Of a DNA stretch of 64,000 nt, positions 36,820 to 46,876 are shown piece after piece; the first letter of the stretch is position 1; each line of letters starts with the position of its first letter. Both the position numbers and the translations under genes were made by a program. The DNA is taken from NCBI GenBank assembly GCA_965116885.1, contig OZ220741.1, positions 736,001-800,000 of the forward strand. Direction: 5' to 3'. The notes under the pieces were generated by a model. That model saw only the letters and a program-made list of their open reading frames with translations. It had not been told where the DNA came from and made no database searches. This DNA is from Candidatus Latescibacterota bacterium. Its GTDB lineage: Bacteria > Latescibacterota > UBA2968.

Positions 36820-39729
36820 TCACGAAGAAAAAGAAATATTATTCTCCGTATGCCGGCAAGAAATATCATCATCCCCGCGAAAATTCCTACACCCCCAGAA
36901 AACCCCATAGCGCCCCTTGCGCTGAACCATATCCGCGCCACACTTCGGACAAACAGGCAACCATGAATCACAATCGGCATCGAGACATATTTTAAATCGC
37001 CCAACGCGCTGCATCGGATTGCCACACGCTTGACATCCGCTCTCAGTATGATTGCACAACGGATAATTGCTACAACCGTAAAACGACTTTCCCTGCACGG
37101 CAACAAGCGTACCCGTCTTGCACTTCACACAGCGAATGCGCTCAAAAGACGCCTGTTCCAAACGGGTCTCAAAATCGTCCAGCGCCAGCGGATATTTATT
37201 CTTCAACAACTCGACCAAAAACTCAGAAGCATTCGCCATATCCCCAACCAGATACACGCGCTGTTTGGCGCGCGTCAGCGCGACGTAAAACAAACGGCGC
37301 TCCTCCGAATGTGGAAAGGGATCTAACGCGGGCAAAAGCGCCTCGAGCAAAGAATGAGAAGTCTTCTGCGAAGGAAAACCGTACTGACCGCGTTCAAGCC
37401 CCAACACCACCACATAATCCGCCTCCAAACCCTTCGCACCGTGAACGGTATTGCACGCAATAGACAAAGTGGGGAACCGCTTCCTCAACATCATCATCTG
37501 CGTGCCATTGGGCAAGTTAAAACGAAACCTGCCCAACAAATAAACCGAACTACCCTCTTCCGCCCGCTCGGCGACATGTGCCAGCACACGATCCAGCCGC
37601 TCATCAAAATCCGCCTCATCCGAAGATCGACGCCTCTTCTCGCGCAACAGTGAAACCGCGGAATGATCTACCATCGCGTGCGTGGTCAACGCCTTCTTAA
37701 CCTGAGCCGGATTCTCAATCACAAACCGGGAAGCAACATCGCAAATACTATTATTAAACCGAAAAGTCTTATCCAGAACCGTAATTTTAGTCGCCCCAAA
37801 TCTCGCCTCAAAATCCGTAGTAAACCGAATATCGCTACCCGTAAAGCGATAAATCGACTGCCAATCATCCCCCACGCAAAACAGAGAACACCCATCAACA
37901 GACTCTCTCAGAACCCGGACCAACCGCGCACGCGGCTCGGAAATATCCTGAAACTCATCCACCAGAATGTACCGCCAGGGCGAAACAAAGTCACCACTTT
38001 GCACATACGCGATTGCCTTGCCAATCATATCGTCAAAATCGATGTGCTTATTTTCTTTCAAAAATGCATCATACTTCTCATAAATCGGCACCACAATTTT
38101 CAAAGCCTGCTGCTGAACCGAACTCAGATGCCCCCCCTGGACAAGCTCTGTCCACGGCTGATCTGGGCGAGGCAAATGGCTCTTATACCGCCTCAACAAA
38201 TCTGTAAGCAACGGTGTCAAATCGCGAATCGCCCCAAACTCCCTCAGCGTATCCAGCATCTCATCTGGCGAACGCGGATTAAATTGCACCCCAGCCTCTG
38301 TTAATTTTTCATACAAACCCGTCAACAAACAACCTTCGGCATATTCGTAGTGAAAGGTCTCAATCAAACGCGTCCCGTACTTCTCGTGAGTCCTGCGCTT
38401 CCAATCCATCCCCTTGTGATATTTCGCACGGGGGACATAAGGCGCCGTATTGCCATCGCGGTCTATACCCCAGTGCTCCAGATAAACACCGCAATCCGGA
38501 AGATAAAAATCGGGCTGGTATTGCCGATAATCCGGATCCCTCGTCTCATGCTCATAATCCGCCTCGTATCGATACGCCACCCCCAGCATAAACAGATGAT
38601 TGGCAATCCACAACTCACCCAGACCCTTTACCATCTCCCCTTGCAGCGTGCGAATCTCATTCGCAAAAATATATTCAAAGTACTCCCCCTGGGTTTTAAA
38701 ATCAAAGGGATTGACCTCCTGATACCTGTAATACCCCAGATAATCCAGAACCCACTGTCTATAGCTCGGAATCTCAAGCAACGCCTCAAACCACTCATCG
38801 ACATGCTTCTCCAGCAACGCACCATCTGTGGCCAGAGGAGAAATCGAAGGCTGCACTTTTTCAACCGAAGCAATAATATCCTTGCCCAACTTGTGAAACG
38901 TACTCGCAACAACACCTTTCTTATCCACGCGCTCATCCAACCGTTCCTGCATCTCCTGTGCCGCCTTATTCGCAAAAGCCAGCATAAGAATCTCATCGGG
39001 CCGTGCCTGCCCGCTCTCAACCAAAAAACCCGCGCGCCCCACCATCGCACTCGTCTTGCCAGTACCCGCACCAGCCAGTACCAGATTATTATCTTCATCT
39101 ATCACACACGCATCGCGCTGGCTCTCGCTCAGAGGATTGCTCTCCACCCCATCAAAAAAGGTCGAAAACGCTTCTTTGAGGCGCTTGACATACTGCGCGC
39201 GAAAATCTTCTACCTCTTGATCGCCCCAGTGCGCCACCTCCTGCACCAGCGTAAAATCAGCATGGCGCTTGCGATCCAAATACCCTACCGCTGGCACCTT
39301 GCGAAACTGATCGAGCATTTCCCGCGCCAGCTCTTTTATCTTCAACAAACGTGAACTGCGCAGATAACCTTCATCCAGCAATCTATTAATCTCCCCGGCA
39401 CACCGCTTCACTTCTGACGCGAACTTTTGAGACTCCTCCAACCAATACCAATAATCCTGCAACCAGTCGAAAAACCCATCCACCTCTGCCTTGCACAGCC
39501 CCTTCAATCGCTCCTCTCCGCGATCCGTCGGCAACACCAGCTCAAAAAACAGCTTCCCGCGATATAATACATCTTCTCGCGTCAAATTTTCAGCGCATAA
39601 GGCAAAGCGTTTGCCCCCGGCCCTCTCCAAAGTCAGACCATCAGATGAAATTAAAATCGTTGCCGTCCTCGCGCCCAAAAGACGCATTGCCCAATGCGGG
39701 GTAACACTTTTGTTTTTAAGTGTATCCAT
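36820..39729 (-). CDS. Helicase IV (HelD/UvrD-like SF1) with an inserted nuclease-like domain and C-terminal Zn ribbons
   Basis: LAGAGTGKT, VDEFQD, VGDDWQSIYRF, HGAKGLE, EERRLFYVALTRAK; CxxC and GCSNYP.C repeats at the C-terminus. Confidence 0.88.
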   Translation of the reverse strand: MDTLKNKSVTPHWAMRLLGARTATILISSDGLTLERAGGKRFALCAENLTREDVLYRGKLFFELVLPTDRGEERLKGLCKAEVDGFFDWLQDYWYWLEESQKFASEVKRCAGEINRLLDEGYLRSSRLLKIKELAREMLDQFRKVPAVGYLDRKRHADFTLVQEVAHWGDQEVEDFRAQYVKRLKEAFSTFFDGVESNPLSESQRDACVIDEDNNLVLAGAGTGKTSAMVGRAGFLVESGQARPDEILMLAFANKAAQEMQERLDERVDKKGVVASTFHKLGKDIIASVEKVQPSISPLATDGALLEKHVDEWFEALLEIPSYRQWVLDYLGYYRYQEVNPFDFKTQGEYFEYIFANEIRTLQGEMVKGLGELWIANHLFMLGVAYRYEADYEHETRDPDYRQYQPDFYLPDCGVYLEHWGIDRDGNTAPYVPRAKYHKGMDWKRRTHEKYGTRLIETFHYEYAEGCLLTGLYEKLTEAGVQFNPRSPDEMLDTLREFGAIRDLTPLLTDLLRRYKSHLPRPDQPWTELVQGGHLSSVQQQALKIVVPIYEKYDAFLKENKHIDFDDMIGKAIAYVQSGDFVSPWRYILVDEFQDISEPRARLVRVLRESVDGCSLFCVGDDWQSIYRFTGSDIRFTTDFEARFGATKITVLDKTFRFNNSICDVASRFVIENPAQVKKALTTHAMVDHSAVSLLREKRRRSSDEADFDERLDRVLAHVAERAEEGSSVYLLGRFRFNLPNGTQMMMLRKRFPTLSIACNTVHGAKGLEADYVVVLGLERGQYGFPSQKTSHSLLEALLPALDPFPHSEERRLFYVALTRAKQRVYLVGDMANASEFLVELLKNKYPLALDDFETRLEQASFERIRCVKCKTGTLVAVQGKSFYGCSNYPLCNHTESGCQACGNPMQRVGRFKICLDADCDSWLPVCPKCGADMVQRKGRYGVFWGCRNFRGDDDISCRHTENNISFSS

Positions 39730-39741
39730 TCACCAATTCTC

Positions 39742-39777
39742 AAAAAAGAAAAGCCTCCTTGCTTCGGAGACTTTTCA
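39742..39777 (-). terminator. Intrinsic terminator after clpP
   Basis: Minus strand gaaaagtctcc-gaagcaa-ggaggcttttc followed by a T-run. Confidence 0.65.
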
Positions 39778-39791
39778 AAAAATAAATAAAA

Positions 39792-39870
39792 CAGCGGGCG
39801 ACCACAGGGGGTCGCCCCTACAAATCGGATTCACAATATCACCGTAGGGGACGGCCCCTGTGCCGTCCCG
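39792..39870. repeat. Inverted pair of GTAG-family REP palindromes, copy B
   Basis: gggcgacc-acaggg-ggtcgcccctac ... gtaggggacggcccctgtgccgtccc. Confidence 0.85.
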
Positions 39871-39899
39871 CATGCGTAGCCCAACCAACCCCCAGCCCC

Positions 39900-40523
39900 T
39901 CACTCACCTATCTCATCAAACCCATTCACAACCCGACTGATCAACCCGTATTCCACAGCCTCATCGGGACTCATCCAATAGTCTCGATCCGTATCTTCCT
40001 CAATCTTTTCAAGTGGCTGACCGGTCTCATCGGCATACATCTCGTTAATCTTCTTCTTAATCTTCACGACCTCCTCAGCCGTGCGCCGCACATCTTCAGC
40101 CACCCCTTGAAACCGCATCGAAGGCTGATGAATCATAAGGCGCGAATTTGGCAAAGCCAGCCGATCTGCCTTATCTGCCGCCATCATAATCACCGTCGCT
40201 GCACTCGCCGACAGACCCGCACTGATAATTTTTACTCTGGGACGGATAAACCGGATCATATCGTAAATCGCAAACCCATCGTACACACTACCGCCGGGTG
40301 AATTAATAAAAATTTTAATCGGTTCTTCTGGATCTTCATGATCCAAAAACAGCAACTGAGCCGTCACCTTAGCCGTCAACTTGTGATCCACGGGATCGGA
40401 AATCAAAATCGTACGCGCATCTATCAACCCCTTGTTCAAAATACCGTTCTTCGACGCGCTATCTTCCTCTTTCTCCTCATCATCGAGGATCACATCGTCC
40501 TCAAAAATCATCCAGTCCTCCAA
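39900..40523 (-). CDS. clpP: ATP-dependent Clp protease proteolytic subunit
   Basis: INSPGGSV, GLSAS (Ser), MIHQP (His), DRD (Asp), EAVEYGLI. Confidence 0.93.
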   Translation of the reverse strand: MEDWMIFEDDVILDDEEKEEDSASKNGILNKGLIDARTILISDPVDHKLTAKVTAQLLFLDHEDPEEPIKIFINSPGGSVYDGFAIYDMIRFIRPRVKIISAGLSASAATVIMMAADKADRLALPNSRLMIHQPSMRFQGVAEDVRRTAEEVVKIKKKINEMYADETGQPLEKIEEDTDRDYWMSPDEAVEYGLISRVVNGFDEIGE

Positions 40524-40560
40524 AAATAAAAATCAAAAAACCCGTTATGTTCAATGGCTC

Positions 40561-40589
40561 AATTTATCCCATATCCCCATTTGAGTCAA
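40561..40589 (-). promoter_or_regulatory. sigma70-like promoter of clpP
   Basis: Minus strand TTGACT-17 nt-TAAATT. Confidence 0.55.
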
Positions 40590-40600
40590 GAGCCTTGCGG

Positions 40601-43600
40601 TTAATTTTTTTTCTCCAAACGCCTATCCGCCTTCACCAACTTCACCCCCACGCTCTTACCATCCTGACACGTAAACGCCACAACCGTCTGATCCGCCTGA
40701 ACCCTTGCGTCCACCAGATCATACGCACCATCCAAACGCCATATCCCTCGCACCGTCACCTCTACCTTCCGGGGCATACTCGCCTGATTGACAATTAGCG
40801 AACCATCCTGACGATGCGGCGTCTGAATCTCCCAACGCCACCCAAAATCCGGATCAGCAACCGAAAGCAATAACCCATCACCCACTTCTCGGGACATTAC
40901 CAAACTCGGCAAAGACACAGACACAATAGCTCCATCCGTCGGCCTCGCATCCTTATCGAACAGCGCATAACCCGTCGCCTTCATCCCCCGATGATGCACA
41001 ATATGAGCCTTGTGATCTCGCTGCCAGACATCATACTCGGGTGCATTGGCAAACGCGCTTACCCTATCCGGCGACCTCTGAACCAACACGGCATATTCAT
41101 AGAATCCATCTTGAGGCGCGCTACCGTGATCCAGATACGCCAATTCAAAAGTTCCTGTACCACCGCTATCCCTACCATAATTTTTAGAAACTTGCTCCTG
41201 ACGCTGCACCCTCAGGTCGCCCCCATCTGGAACCACATACCCATTACCCAACGAATCCATCACCCATACCCTCTGCCCCTTTATCCCCTCAAACATATAT
41301 GGAATCGCATGCACACGCTCCCCATTCACCCCCGTAGAACGGTCCTCAGAGATAGCCGCCTGAAATAGCGGCGTCACCGTCGTATGACCACCATCATCAT
41401 TCTCAATACCAGACCCCAGGCAAACCAGTACATCGTCAAAACAAAACACCGTCTTAACAGCTCGAAAACTCGTATTGAATCTCGTATCGTGCAACTTCAA
41501 GGAGAACACACCATTTTGCCCTTTCAGATTCACCCCACCCACAAAAGTCTCATCCGAAAAATTGCGATCACGTCCCTCGTGTTTGAGCTGCTCATGACTC
41601 AAGCGGATCACCGTCGTACCCGGCCACATACTCCAATCCCATCCATCTCGCACAATCCCACTCGCCTCCCGGCCAACCGGATCGCCACTCGCGTAAACCA
41701 GCATCGTCCCATAGCTCAAATAACGACCGAGCGGATTATTCCTCCCCGACGACTCGTAATCCCACACATATTTACCCCACCCCTTCATACTCACCATCCA
41801 GTCCGCACGCCGATGAATGGACAACGCGCCATAAGGCAGCGTCCAGTGCCCCGAAGGTGGAGTAGCAGATGCATATCCCGCACTTGCAAAATCCGCCATC
41901 ATCTGTATCGCACCCGGCGTGTGCAAATACATCAGCCGCACCGATACCCGCTCAAACAAATCTTCTATCAGCAACTGCGACTTCGGTTTCCAAAGCTGCA
42001 TAAACGCGCCCGACAGTTCTGCATCCACCGGAGCATAACTCAAAGCCACATACATATATGCCGGCAAAAGTTTGGTAGCCACCGCTGTATTCCGCGGAAA
42101 ACGACCATTAACAGCCATTGAAATATCATACGTATTCGCCATAATCCTGGACGTCAACAACGCCTGCTTCAAATTATCGCGCTTATCATCTCCAACCGCA
42201 AAAGGCGTATCGTGCAACAAATACACCAGCACAGAAGCCACATGAAAAGCATTTGGCGCATACCCACTCGCGTAAATCCCCCGATGGTGAAAACCCACAA
42301 AATCCGGCTTAATCGTATCCAACCACCCCGGCGCAATAGATAGTGCATTATTGAGCCACGCGATATAGCAACGCATATTCGCCACCTTCTCGGGCGAATC
42401 GTCCATCATCAAAATGCACAACAACCGATACATCGCCACCGAGCGTATAAAATCCGCATTCGCGCCCAGCACCTGCGGACCCTCATACAACTCGCCAAAC
42501 ATACTGAACCATTTCAGCGTTGCCAACTCTCGTTCCAGCCGCTCCGTATCTTTCAGAATATCCCGCATCAAATACACCGCATGGGCATAGCCAGCAACCC
42601 GCAAAAACTCGTGATGCATCGCCCCAACACCACTGCCATCTGCCCAACCCTGATCGTGCAAATAGTCGAAAACATCTATCACCCGATCACGCGCCTCCTC
42701 ATTGCCATTCAACCGATAATCCAACACCAGACGCAACAAAACCCCCTGAAAAACACTCTGAAAAAGAGGTTCATAGGGCGACAACTCGGCAAACAGGGGC
42801 TTCCCCAAAATGCGATCACCCTCGCGTCGAATCTCGTAATCCGCCAGACTGCGATACCCGCGCCTTATATAGGCTTTAAGCTCATTGAGCCGAATCCTCA
42901 CAGGCTCCCGCTCGTCATCCTTCACCCCATCACCCAGCACCCACGCCTCATATCGCCGGGCAATCGTCTCAAAAGCCTGTCTCTCATCATCAGTTATCTC
43001 TGTAGGAAGCGGACCTGGCAATGTGTTTTGACTCCACCGATATTCGCGACTCCTATCTGCCCTATTCGCATTGACAAAGGGAACCTGAGCATCTGGAGAC
43101 CGCCTGGGGTGAATCCTCTCCACCAACTCCATCAAATCCAGATAAACAGCACCGCTATTCGATGCCCTAATTTCAAACGCCGTCACCCGTCCATTTCTCG
43201 CCCCCTCATAAGACCTGTTCCGCGCATCATCCCGCAAATGGATCCACATCGCCCGCCAGCCCGTAAAATTCAAGCCAAACTCAAACTGATAACGCGGATT
43301 ATTTGCCGACAACTCAGATTCCGTGCCAAACCGAAATGTCAGCACCTCATCGAGAGCCTCCTCGTTGTACACCCACGCCCGAAACCCGGTCAGTGCCTTA
43401 TTGCGTCCCGGCGCGGGATCCGTGAACAAAAGTCGCCCGTTATTCTGCCAGGTCCATTTGAGAGATTGTTGCCCCCCTTTATAACGCCTCGCTGAAAGCG
43501 ACACCTCGCTACCTGCATCCACCTGATAGCTCTCGCCCATAGCCTCAAAATCATAGCGCCAGGACACATCCTGCGCCATCGCCGCACTGGCCAAGCCAAG

Positions 43601-43633
43601 AGCGAAAATAACAATACAGCATTTCAAATTCAT
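40601..43633 (-). CDS. PL8 chondroitin ABC lyase-like secreted polysaccharide lyase
   Basis: Signal peptide; LNFTGWRA.W, DQGWADGS, IKPD..GFHH.G.Y..GY, GRYLSYG, GWDW..WPGTT. Confidence 0.85.
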   Translation of the reverse strand: MNLKCCIVIFALGLASAAMAQDVSWRYDFEAMGESYQVDAGSEVSLSARRYKGGQQSLKWTWQNNGRLLFTDPAPGRNKALTGFRAWVYNEEALDEVLTFRFGTESELSANNPRYQFEFGLNFTGWRAMWIHLRDDARNRSYEGARNGRVTAFEIRASNSGAVYLDLMELVERIHPRRSPDAQVPFVNANRADRSREYRWSQNTLPGPLPTEITDDERQAFETIARRYEAWVLGDGVKDDEREPVRIRLNELKAYIRRGYRSLADYEIRREGDRILGKPLFAELSPYEPLFQSVFQGVLLRLVLDYRLNGNEEARDRVIDVFDYLHDQGWADGSGVGAMHHEFLRVAGYAHAVYLMRDILKDTERLERELATLKWFSMFGELYEGPQVLGANADFIRSVAMYRLLCILMMDDSPEKVANMRCYIAWLNNALSIAPGWLDTIKPDFVGFHHRGIYASGYAPNAFHVASVLVYLLHDTPFAVGDDKRDNLKQALLTSRIMANTYDISMAVNGRFPRNTAVATKLLPAYMYVALSYAPVDAELSGAFMQLWKPKSQLLIEDLFERVSVRLMYLHTPGAIQMMADFASAGYASATPPSGHWTLPYGALSIHRRADWMVSMKGWGKYVWDYESSGRNNPLGRYLSYGTMLVYASGDPVGREASGIVRDGWDWSMWPGTTVIRLSHEQLKHEGRDRNFSDETFVGGVNLKGQNGVFSLKLHDTRFNTSFRAVKTVFCFDDVLVCLGSGIENDDGGHTTVTPLFQAAISEDRSTGVNGERVHAIPYMFEGIKGQRVWVMDSLGNGYVVPDGGDLRVQRQEQVSKNYGRDSGGTGTFELAYLDHGSAPQDGFYEYAVLVQRSPDRVSAFANAPEYDVWQRDHKAHIVHHRGMKATGYALFDKDARPTDGAIVSVSLPSLVMSREVGDGLLLSVADPDFGWRWEIQTPHRQDGSLIVNQASMPRKVEVTVRGIWRLDGAYDLVDARVQADQTVVAFTCQDGKSVGVKLVKADRRLEKKN

Positions 43634-43663
43634 ACTCAGACCTCTAATACTATTTGGGACTGA

Positions 43664-43690
43664 ATCGCGGCTGAAGCATGCCGCGATGAC
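43664..43690. repeat. Short palindromic intergenic element
   Basis: atcgcggc-tgaagcat-gccgcgat-gac. Confidence 0.45.
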
Positions 43691-43707
43691 AACCAAAATC
43701 TTCTGAA

Positions 43708-44973
43708 TTACTGGCCTAATACCGGTGCATCTTCTGGCCTGGGAATATTCACAAAATAGGCAAAAACGGCAACTATCAACACTGCTGGTGCCAGCGCGTA
43801 AAACGCGGGCGCATAAGACCCCGCAGAACTAAAAACAGACTCAATAAACCACGGACCTGTTGCAGAAGCCAAAACCGCAAACACCTGTGCCGCACCCTGA
43901 ATTTTTCCCAAATGAAGACGGCCAAAAATATCTGCCCACGCCGTAAAAAAAATCACCGAAACCACACCCCCGGAAAACCCCAGCAATCCCGCATGTGTCA
44001 GCGCTTGCCCCGGTGTTTTAAGCTGCGGAAACAAAAGCAAATAAAGACCAACCGCCAGCATCGCAACCGTCATCAGCCTGCCCAAAGACCATCGGCGCGC
44101 CGCCCACCCCGCTGTAAAATTCCCCAACAAACCCGTCGCCATAAACGCCGCCATCGCGTATTGAAACACCGTCTCATCAAACCCCAACTCCCCCAATATA
44201 GACTGATTGAACAGCATCACACCCGCAATAACCAGATTGTAGAGCGCACTCCCAATAGCAAACACATAAAAAGCCGGTGTCATCAACGCCTGTACAAGCG
44301 TAAACCCAATCACCGGCTCCTGCGGCTCATCATCTTTCACAACCTCGGTATCCAGCCCAACTGCCTCTGGATCTCGACGAACAAATAGCAGACACAAACC
44401 AGATAGAATCATCAAAATCCACCCCAGCCCCGACCACATAACCCGCCAACCCTGCGTGAGCACAACATCACCAGCAACAACAATCGCAACCGCAAAACCC
44501 AGACTCATAAGCACGGCGAAAATACCCATCGCAAAGCTCAACCGCCGCACAAACCACTTGCCAACCATCGTCAAACTCACCACAGACAGCGCGCTTTGCC
44601 CCACACCCCGCATCAAAACCAGCAACAAAAGCAAAAAACCAGCACCTGTCATCTGGCTAAACCCCAAAACCACCAGACTCAGAACAAATAGCACCGCCGT
44701 CACAACAGCGCGAACCCCAAAGCGATCAATAGTTACACCGCAGACCAAATTGAACAACGCTCCCAAAATAGTCGCCCAGAAATTCATCCCGGCAAAATCG
44801 AGCCGAGAAATACCCAGATCCGCGATCAAAGGCTCTGTAATCAAACCAATACCAACACTTCTGCCCGGCAGCGTAGCCACCATCGCAACCGCCGCAAAAA
44901 CCAAAACCACCCAACCGTAATAAAACAGCATACGCGCGGGTAGCGCATTGTCAAAATTATTTTTTAAAATCAA
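43708..44973 (-). CDS. MFS transporter
   Basis: FYYGWVV, IDRFGVR, WF.RR..A.G, FGR.HLGKIQG; about 12 TM helices. Confidence 0.88.
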   Translation of the reverse strand: MILKNNFDNALPARMLFYYGWVVLVFAAVAMVATLPGRSVGIGLITEPLIADLGISRLDFAGMNFWATILGALFNLVCGVTIDRFGVRAVVTAVLFVLSLVVLGFSQMTGAGFLLLLLVLMRGVGQSALSVVSLTMVGKWFVRRLSFAMGIFAVLMSLGFAVAIVVAGDVVLTQGWRVMWSGLGWILMILSGLCLLFVRRDPEAVGLDTEVVKDDEPQEPVIGFTLVQALMTPAFYVFAIGSALYNLVIAGVMLFNQSILGELGFDETVFQYAMAAFMATGLLGNFTAGWAARRWSLGRLMTVAMLAVGLYLLLFPQLKTPGQALTHAGLLGFSGGVVSVIFFTAWADIFGRLHLGKIQGAAQVFAVLASATGPWFIESVFSSAGSYAPAFYALAPAVLIVAVFAYFVNIPRPEDAPVLGQ

Positions 44974-45014
44974 TTTTCTACTCTGTTAGAATGGGCGCTG
45001 AACATATAGTTAAA

Positions 45015-45049
45015 AAGCTCCAACAAGATGAACTGCTTGTTGGAGCTTT
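45015..45049 (-). terminator. Hairpin terminator downstream of the TIGR04255 triad
   Basis: aaagctccaacaag-atgaactg-cttgttggagcttt, perfect 14-bp stem, T-run on the minus strand. Confidence 0.7.
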
Positions 45050-45066
45050 GCAAATTAAAAAATGGG

Positions 45067-45630
45067 TTAATCCGGTAAACCAATTCGACCCCTAAAATTG
45101 TAAAACCTTTGCATCAGATGCTGAACATAAATTGGTGGTACAACTGCAATCCTATCTATACCGCCCTCTTCAATTGCACGATAAATATTTAAAGTTGCAA
45201 TACCAAAGACATTTTTGAAATCCATATACAAATCAGGTAGAGGTCGGACTTGATCACTATTTTCAATCGACGCTTCTTGAAGATGGTGATACCTTTCGTT
45301 TTGGTTACTCTTCACATTTCTAAACAAGCTCGAATTGAGCTGACTTCGCTGCCGAATATTTTCTTCCTCATAAACGTCACAAAAAAAAATCTGAGCAAGC
45401 TCATTTTGTGGCTTTGGGGGGCCAGTAAATCGCGATACATAATCCCACTCTAAATCACAAGCCGGGTTCATCACCATTACCAGATTATGTTCTATAGGAT
45501 TAAATATTATTTCCAAATCTCGTGATGAAGCTTGAGCAGGTACATCTGCCACAAACTCATGTACACCATATAGTATCTCACCCTGGATTAAGGCTCCAAC
45601 TTCGGGGGAAGGTTCATATTTAAACGCCAC
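45067..45630 (-). CDS. Hypothetical protein, probably PemK/MazF-like fold
   Basis: QGEI, VMVMNPACDL, ERYHHL, MDF, HLMQRFYNFRGRIGLP pattern. Confidence 0.55.
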   Translation of the reverse strand: MAFKYEPSPEVGALIQGEILYGVHEFVADVPAQASSRDLEIIFNPIEHNLVMVMNPACDLEWDYVSRFTGPPKPQNELAQIFFCDVYEEENIRQRSQLNSSLFRNVKSNQNERYHHLQEASIENSDQVRPLPDLYMDFKNVFGIATLNIYRAIEEGGIDRIAVVPPIYVQHLMQRFYNFRGRIGLPD

Positions 45631-45639
45631 GTCACGTCC

Positions 45640-46197
45640 TCAACCGTCAATAATCAACTCTGGTCGAGGAATGGTTTTCCCGACTTTGGCTATTTTAGGT
45701 TGCGTCTCTTGCTCTTGGCTCTTCAACCGGAACCGGGCTGGCGGTGGTGGTTGTAAATGAAATTGAAGTATATCCGCCAATGTTTCCAAAGCCTCTTCTA
45801 AGCCTTGAGATGGCAAACCCGATATGAGAAAATGACAAAAGAATCTCTGCGCGATCTCCCTGCTCTCGCCCTCCTGCTCATTGTAAAAACTAATCTCTTG
45901 CCCCAAAGCACCCACGGTACCACTAAACCTCCAATATCCCTTTACATTTTCTATTTCATTCTGGTTCAAGAGCATATCTGAGCTTCGGGATGCGATCTCT
46001 CTACTCTCGCCCTCTTGCTCATTGTAAAAACTAATCTCTTGTCCTAAATCTCCCACAGTACCACTAAACTTCCAATATCCCTTTACATTTTCTATTTCAT
46101 TCTGGTTCAAGGGCATATCTGAGCTTCGAGGAGAGAGTCCATCGGAAGAGGTCCCCCGCTGTGCGATTAAAGGATTTAAGAATTGAAGGAATTGCAT
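45640..46197 (-). CDS. Hypothetical protein with a 47-aa tandem duplication
   Basis: AAGGAG RBS 8 nt before ATG 46197, inside the upstream gene; alternative start 46116. Confidence 0.6.
   Translation of the reverse strand: MQFLQFLNPLIAQRGTSSDGLSPRSSDMPLNQNEIENVKGYWKFSGTVGDLGQEISFYNEQEGESREIASRSSDMLLNQNEIENVKGYWRFSGTVGALGQEISFYNEQEGESREIAQRFFCHFLISGLPSQGLEEALETLADILQFHLQPPPPARFRLKSQEQETQPKIAKVGKTIPRPELIIDG
45850..46129. repeat. 141-bp tandem duplication (2 copies)
   Basis: gcgatctc.ct.ctctcgccctc.tgctcattgtaaaaactaatctcttg... at 45851 and 45992. Confidence 0.9.
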
Positions 46198-46876
46198 CAA
46201 ACTCACTCCTTTCTTCGGTATAACAGTCTGTATCTATCAAATACTGCTCTTGATTATTTTTATAACTTAGACCATGTCGAAGCCTGACCTTCGATAGTCC
46301 TTTGATATCAACAATATCGAATTCTGCCTCAGAAATGATACGGGACGGTGCAGTCTGAAGGGTTGTATCGCCAAGCAACCCAATGAGAGCCGGATTCAAT
46401 AATTCTGACCACGCTATACCATCTAAACCGATTTTTTCTCGCTCAATTATATCAATATACCTGAGTCCGATTCTGGTGTAAAAATTGGGTTTATACTCTT
46501 CGTCCAATGCCTCAGCAACCAGATTCATCTCCTGACTGAAATTCTCCCAACTCTTGTAGCCATTGTCCGTGAGAGCGATAAAGCCCTGAGTCAGATTGAC
46601 ATATTTTTTTTTATTTTCAGATGCAAACTTATGATTAGGCCCTTCGGGAGTTTTAAGAGAACCTATATTCGAAAGTTGTTCTACTATCCTGGAGAATTCC
46701 TCTGGAAGATATTGATTCTCTCCCTCATAATAGGGATATTGAGACCTTATTCGATCTTGGAAATTAGACGGCGGTTCACTTGCAATTTTCAAAATTTCAG
46801 GAAATCGCAACTGACAAATAACCCTCTGCAATGGGTTTTTTGCGAATATTATTCTGTCAGATTTGGGAAAGGCCAT
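46097..46876 (-). CDS. TIGR04255 family protein
   Basis: FAKNPLQRVICQLRFP, FQDRIR..YP, Y.SWENF, RIGLRYID.I, YLID.D. Confidence 0.8.
   Translation of the reverse strand: MAFPKSDRIIFAKNPLQRVICQLRFPEILKIASEPPSNFQDRIRSQYPYYEGENQYLPEEFSRIVEQLSNIGSLKTPEGPNHKFASENKKKYVNLTQGFIALTDNGYKSWENFSQEMNLVAEALDEEYKPNFYTRIGLRYIDIIEREKIGLDGIAWSELLNPALIGLLGDTTLQTAPSRIISEAEFDIVDIKGLSKVRLRHGLSYKNNQEQYLIDTDCYTEERSEFDAIPSILKSFNRTAGDLFRWTLSSKLRYALEPE

Noticed and set aside
45850..46129. Diversity-generating retroelement TR/VR pair
   Set aside because: The copies are adjacent and in frame within one ORF, mismatches are not confined to adenines, and no reverse transcriptase is present.
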